In this document: positions 22,824-25,812 of the stretch, one piece after another
Numbering within the stretch: position 1 is the first letter of the stretch
How the letters are laid out: every line of letters begins with the position of its first letter
Source of the DNA: Gemmatimonadota bacterium
Lineage (GTDB): Bacteria; Latescibacterota; UBA2968; UBA8231
Length of the DNA stretch: 25,812 nucleotides
Assembly (NCBI GenBank): GCA_038128265.1
Contig: JAYPJE010000052.1
Location: 1-25,812, forward strand
Reading direction: 5' to 3'
The notes under the pieces: generated by a model
Databases searched by the model: none
Told to the model about the DNA's origin: nothing
What the model saw: only the letters and a program-made list of their open reading frames with translations
Position numbers and translations under genes: made by a program

Positions 22824-25433
22824 ATGCTGCGCTGTCTACACATATCCGCGCTGCTGCTGTCCGTTTGCACGTCGCTGGGCGCGGCCGAAGTCGCTGGGCG
22901 CATTGTCGATGCACAGGGGCGCGGCTTGGAAAATGCGACCGTGGAATTGGTCGGCACTGGGCGCGGAACGCTCAGCGACCGCCAGGGCACGTTTCTCATA
23001 GATACCCTGCCTTCGGGGCGCTATCTCTTGCGCGTTGCGCATTTAGGCTATGCCGCCGTCCTCGATTCCATAGACGTGGGGGCGGATCAGCGCGTCGAAC
23101 GGGCCATTGTCCTGCACAGCACGCTCTACGAAATGGAAGGCGTCGAGATCGTCGGTTCGTTGACCAGCGCGCAGGCGCGCGCCCTCAATGACCAGCGCAG
23201 TGCACTGAACATAAAGCACGTCGCCTCAGCGGAACTCTTTGCGCGCTTTCCCGATCGCAACGCCGGCGAGACGCTGCAGCGCATGCCCGGTATCGCGCTC
23301 GACCGCGATCAGGGCGAAGGCGAGTTTGTGCAGGTGCGCGGGCTCAACGCCCAGCTCAACGCCGTGACCGTCAACGGCAAGCGCATTCCCGCGCCCGGTG
23401 CGAGCATAGAGGAGGGACGCGCCGTGGGATTGGACCTGCTCCAGGTGCACCACGCCGATCGCATAGAGATTACCAAGGCGCTTACGCCGGACATGGATGC
23501 CGATGCGCTGGGTGGTGCGGTCAATATGGTGCTCAAGCGTGCGCCGGATCAGGCGGAATACGCGCTGAGTGTGGCCGGTGGACTCAACGCCGAGCCGGCG
23601 CCCCTGCGCCAATGGGGACGCGAAATCGGCGAAGTTTCGGGGTCGCTAGCCCGGCGCTTTGCCGACGGCAGGATTGGGACGCTGGTAGGGGCCAGCCTGT
23701 ATCGAACCAATAGGGCGTCCCTTCTGCATCAGGCCGGCTATGCCAGCGACGACCGCTTCTCTTATACGCGCTGGGACAATTACGACGTGCTGCGCCAGCG
23801 CGCCGGGCTGCTGGCCGCGCTCGACTACCGGGTGCATCCCGCCCACGAACTGCTTCTTAACTACACCTATCACGCATTTGACGACGACGAGATTCGCCGC
23901 CGCCGCCATTTCGCCTTTGCCGAGAGCGAAGAGGACATGGAGGTGCGCAATCGCTTGGAGCAGCAGCGATTCTATCTGTTTGAGCTAAGTTCACAGCACC
24001 GCGTCGCCGGGCTTGAGCTGCATCTGAGTTTGTCGCAGTCGCGTGCCAGCGAAACGCTGCCCGACCGCACCTATTTTCTCTTTCGCCGCGAAAACGATTA
24101 CGGCGGTCTGGATGCGAACGGGCGACGGACGCTCGGTTTTCAGCACGCGTTTGCCGACTTGGGCGCATTTTCGCTCGTGCGCACGCGCTTTGACAACGAG
24201 GCGTTTGCCGAGCGCGACCGCGTGCTGCAGGCCGACGTGGAGCGCGCCTTTGTATGGGGCGATCGACAGGGTCTGTGGAAAGCCGGTGCCAAACTGTGGC
24301 GCAAGGATAAGGAGGCTTCGCAGCGGCGCTGGCAGCACTTTCCCGAAGGGGGATTGGTCGCCGTTGACGAGAATGCGTTCGACTTTGTCGACGTCCACTA
24401 CGACGATGCGCGCGCGCTGGCGCTGTTTCCGCTGAGCGGCTATCGATCGGTGCCGCAGCTGCTCAACTACGACGCGCGCGAAACGATCTACGCGGCCTAC
24501 GCGCAGCAGACGCTGCAGTGGACAGATAGACTGTCCACCCTCGCAGGTCTGCGCTATGAGCAAACGCGCCATGCCTATGGGCACCGCGCCAGCTTCGTGC
24601 GCTCCGGCGAGCGCTATGCCAATGCGCTGCCCTCGCTGCACCTAACCTATCGGGTGGGTGCGCGCAGCGCGCTGCGCCTGGCGTTGACCAGCGGCCTGTC
24701 GCGTCCGGAATACACGCGTCTGCTGCCCATTACTACGCCCCCCAGCGACGGACGCATTCTGCAGGGCAATCCCGAGCTAAAGGCGACGCGGGCGCACGGC
24801 GTCGACCTGCTTTTTGAATCCTTCCCCGGCGCGCTGGGGCTGTTTTCCGTCGGGGCCTTTTTCAAGCGCATTGCCGATCCAATAGTGACCTACGCAGAGG
24901 ATCGCACGCCCTTTGTGCTGCTGACGCCGATTAACGGTCGCTCGGGGCGCCTATGGGGTGCCGAATGGGCGCTGGTGCACTACTTAGGGCGCTACGGGAT
25001 CGCCGCGCTGCGCGATGTGGGCCTCTATGCTAACTACGCGTTCTCAGCCGCGCGGATGGACTACGGTTCGGCGCGCAGGGATCGAGGCCCGCTGCCGGGT
25101 CATGCCCGCCACACGGGTAATGTGGGGCTGCTCTACGACGATGGCCGAGCGGGGCGCATGCTGACACTGAGCGCCAACTATCGCGCGCCCATGCTTAAAG
25201 ATATTGGAGCCCAACCCGGAGAAGATGTGTGGTACGAGGGCGAATGGCACGTCGATCTATCGGCGCGCCAGCGACTAAGTGCGGGCTGGTCGCTCTTTGT
25301 CAAACTCAACAACCTAAGTAATGCGAGCGAGCGCGAGGTCTTTGGCAGTCCCTATGGGTCAGCGCCGACGCGCTGGCGCGAGCGCGAGGTCTACGGCCGC
25401 TCGGGCCAGCTGGGGTTGCGCTGGTCGATATAA
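22824..25433 (+). CDS. TonB-dependent receptor with N-terminal carboxypeptidase-regulatory-like domain
   Basis: Signal peptide; GGAGG RBS; 'AGRIVD..GRGLENATV'; plug 'FPDRNAGETLQRMPG...DQGEGEFVQVRGL', 'IEITKALTPDMDADALGGAVN'; 'GLRYEQT', 'GNPELK', 'NNLSN'; beta-strand C-terminus. Confidence 0.93.
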   Translation: MLRCLHISALLLSVCTSLGAAEVAGRIVDAQGRGLENATVELVGTGRGTLSDRQGTFLIDTLPSGRYLLRVAHLGYAAVLDSIDVGADQRVERAIVLHSTLYEMEGVEIVGSLTSAQARALNDQRSALNIKHVASAELFARFPDRNAGETLQRMPGIALDRDQGEGEFVQVRGLNAQLNAVTVNGKRIPAPGASIEEGRAVGLDLLQVHHADRIEITKALTPDMDADALGGAVNMVLKRAPDQAEYALSVAGGLNAEPAPLRQWGREIGEVSGSLARRFADGRIGTLVGASLYRTNRASLLHQAGYASDDRFSYTRWDNYDVLRQRAGLLAALDYRVHPAHELLLNYTYHAFDDDEIRRRRHFAFAESEEDMEVRNRLEQQRFYLFELSSQHRVAGLELHLSLSQSRASETLPDRTYFLFRRENDYGGLDANGRRTLGFQHAFADLGAFSLVRTRFDNEAFAERDRVLQADVERAFVWGDRQGLWKAGAKLWRKDKEASQRRWQHFPEGGLVAVDENAFDFVDVHYDDARALALFPLSGYRSVPQLLNYDARETIYAAYAQQTLQWTDRLSTLAGLRYEQTRHAYGHRASFVRSGERYANALPSLHLTYRVGARSALRLALTSGLSRPEYTRLLPITTPPSDGRILQGNPELKATRAHGVDLLFESFPGALGLFSVGAFFKRIADPIVTYAEDRTPFVLLTPINGRSGRLWGAEWALVHYLGRYGIAALRDVGLYANYAFSAARMDYGSARRDRGPLPGHARHTGNVGLLYDDGRAGRMLTLSANYRAPMLKDIGAQPGEDVWYEGEWHVDLSARQRLSAGWSLFVKLNNLSNASEREVFGSPYGSAPTRWREREVYGRSGQLGLRWSI

Positions 25434-25520
25434 TGCAATGCGTGCGCCTTTTGCCCAGCTCATAAATCTGTTATTCTCTCTGTCCGTTGGCATCTGACCG
25501 TCACCTTTGCGAGGATCCAT

Positions 25521-25812
25521 ATGCCCTATCTGAACCCGACCTATCTCGAGATTGATGCGCCCATGCCGCCTCCGGCGTGGGCCGTTATGCAGTGGGAGCT
25601 GCTGCGCGCCCAGTCGCGTGCCTGCCGCCAATTTTTCGACCACTATTTCGACGAGCGCGGCTATTTGGAGTGCATACCGCGCTGGGGCGGCAACGACGGC
25701 CCGGACGACGCCATCGAAAATCTGGTCCACTGGCCGGTGCTCTACGCGCTGGGTGGCGATGCGCATCTGCGCGATATGTGCGATCTGGCCTGGGAAGGCC
25801 ACCTCAAGCAGT
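25521..25812 (+). CDS. Hypothetical protein, N-terminal part; runs off the window edge
   Basis: Not in the ORF track. GAGGA RBS, ATG 25521, open to the end: MPYLNPTYLEIDAPMPPPAWAVMQWELLRAQSRACRQFFDHYFDERGYLECIPRWGGNDGPDDAIENLVHWPVLYALGG...AWEGHLKQ. Confidence 0.8.
   Translation, partial: MPYLNPTYLEIDAPMPPPAWAVMQWELLRAQSRACRQFFDHYFDERGYLECIPRWGGNDGPDDAIENLVHWPVLYALGGDAHLRDMCDLAWEGHLKQ

Noticed and set aside
67..25802. Numerous antisense or out-of-frame ORFs in the track (e.g. 15513..16070, 23991..24641, 25359..25802)
   Set aside because: Shadow ORFs expected in GC-rich coding DNA; Arg/Ala/Pro-rich, no family motifs, and each overlaps a well-supported gene
1..25812. CRISPR arrays, tRNA/rRNA, IS or integrase genes, tandem repeats, frameshifted pseudogenes, Sec/Pyl read-through
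   Set aside because: None seen; intergenic gaps are all about 210 bp or less and non-repetitive, and the recognised proteins appear full length

Overview
GC-rich (roughly 60%+ by eye), gene-dense bacterial chromosome segment from a diderm organism, with 25 complete and 2 edge-truncated CDS. I found no rRNA, tRNA, IS element, CRISPR array or transcription-factor gene. The content is catabolic and carbohydrate-oriented: four PhyH-type Fe(II)/2-oxoglutarate dioxygenases, two xylose-isomerase-like TIM barrels, an aldo/keto reductase, a Zn-dependent idonate/sorbitol-type dehydrogenase, two SDRs, an enolase-superfamily dehydratase, a gluconolactonase, uxuA, a beta-propeller glycosidase-like protein, a luciferase-like monooxygenase, ltnD, a GNAT, a GT2, fhs, a mutarotase-like protein, a DUF4159 lipoprotein and a TonB-dependent receptor. 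This paralogue mix resembles Latescibacterota/Poribacteria/Planctomycetota-type heterotrophs (inference only). The most notable signals are (i) a hypothetical protein just upstream of fhs that aligns by eye to the RidA/YjgF fold and keeps the catalytic Arg/Glu, in a phyH-mutarotase-Rid-fhs run; (ii) a PhyH dioxygenase with H-Q-H instead of H-x-D; and (iii) an SDR/TIM-barrel/enolase operon in which each enzyme has non-canonical catalytic residues. All family calls come from motif recognition by eye; no database searches were run.
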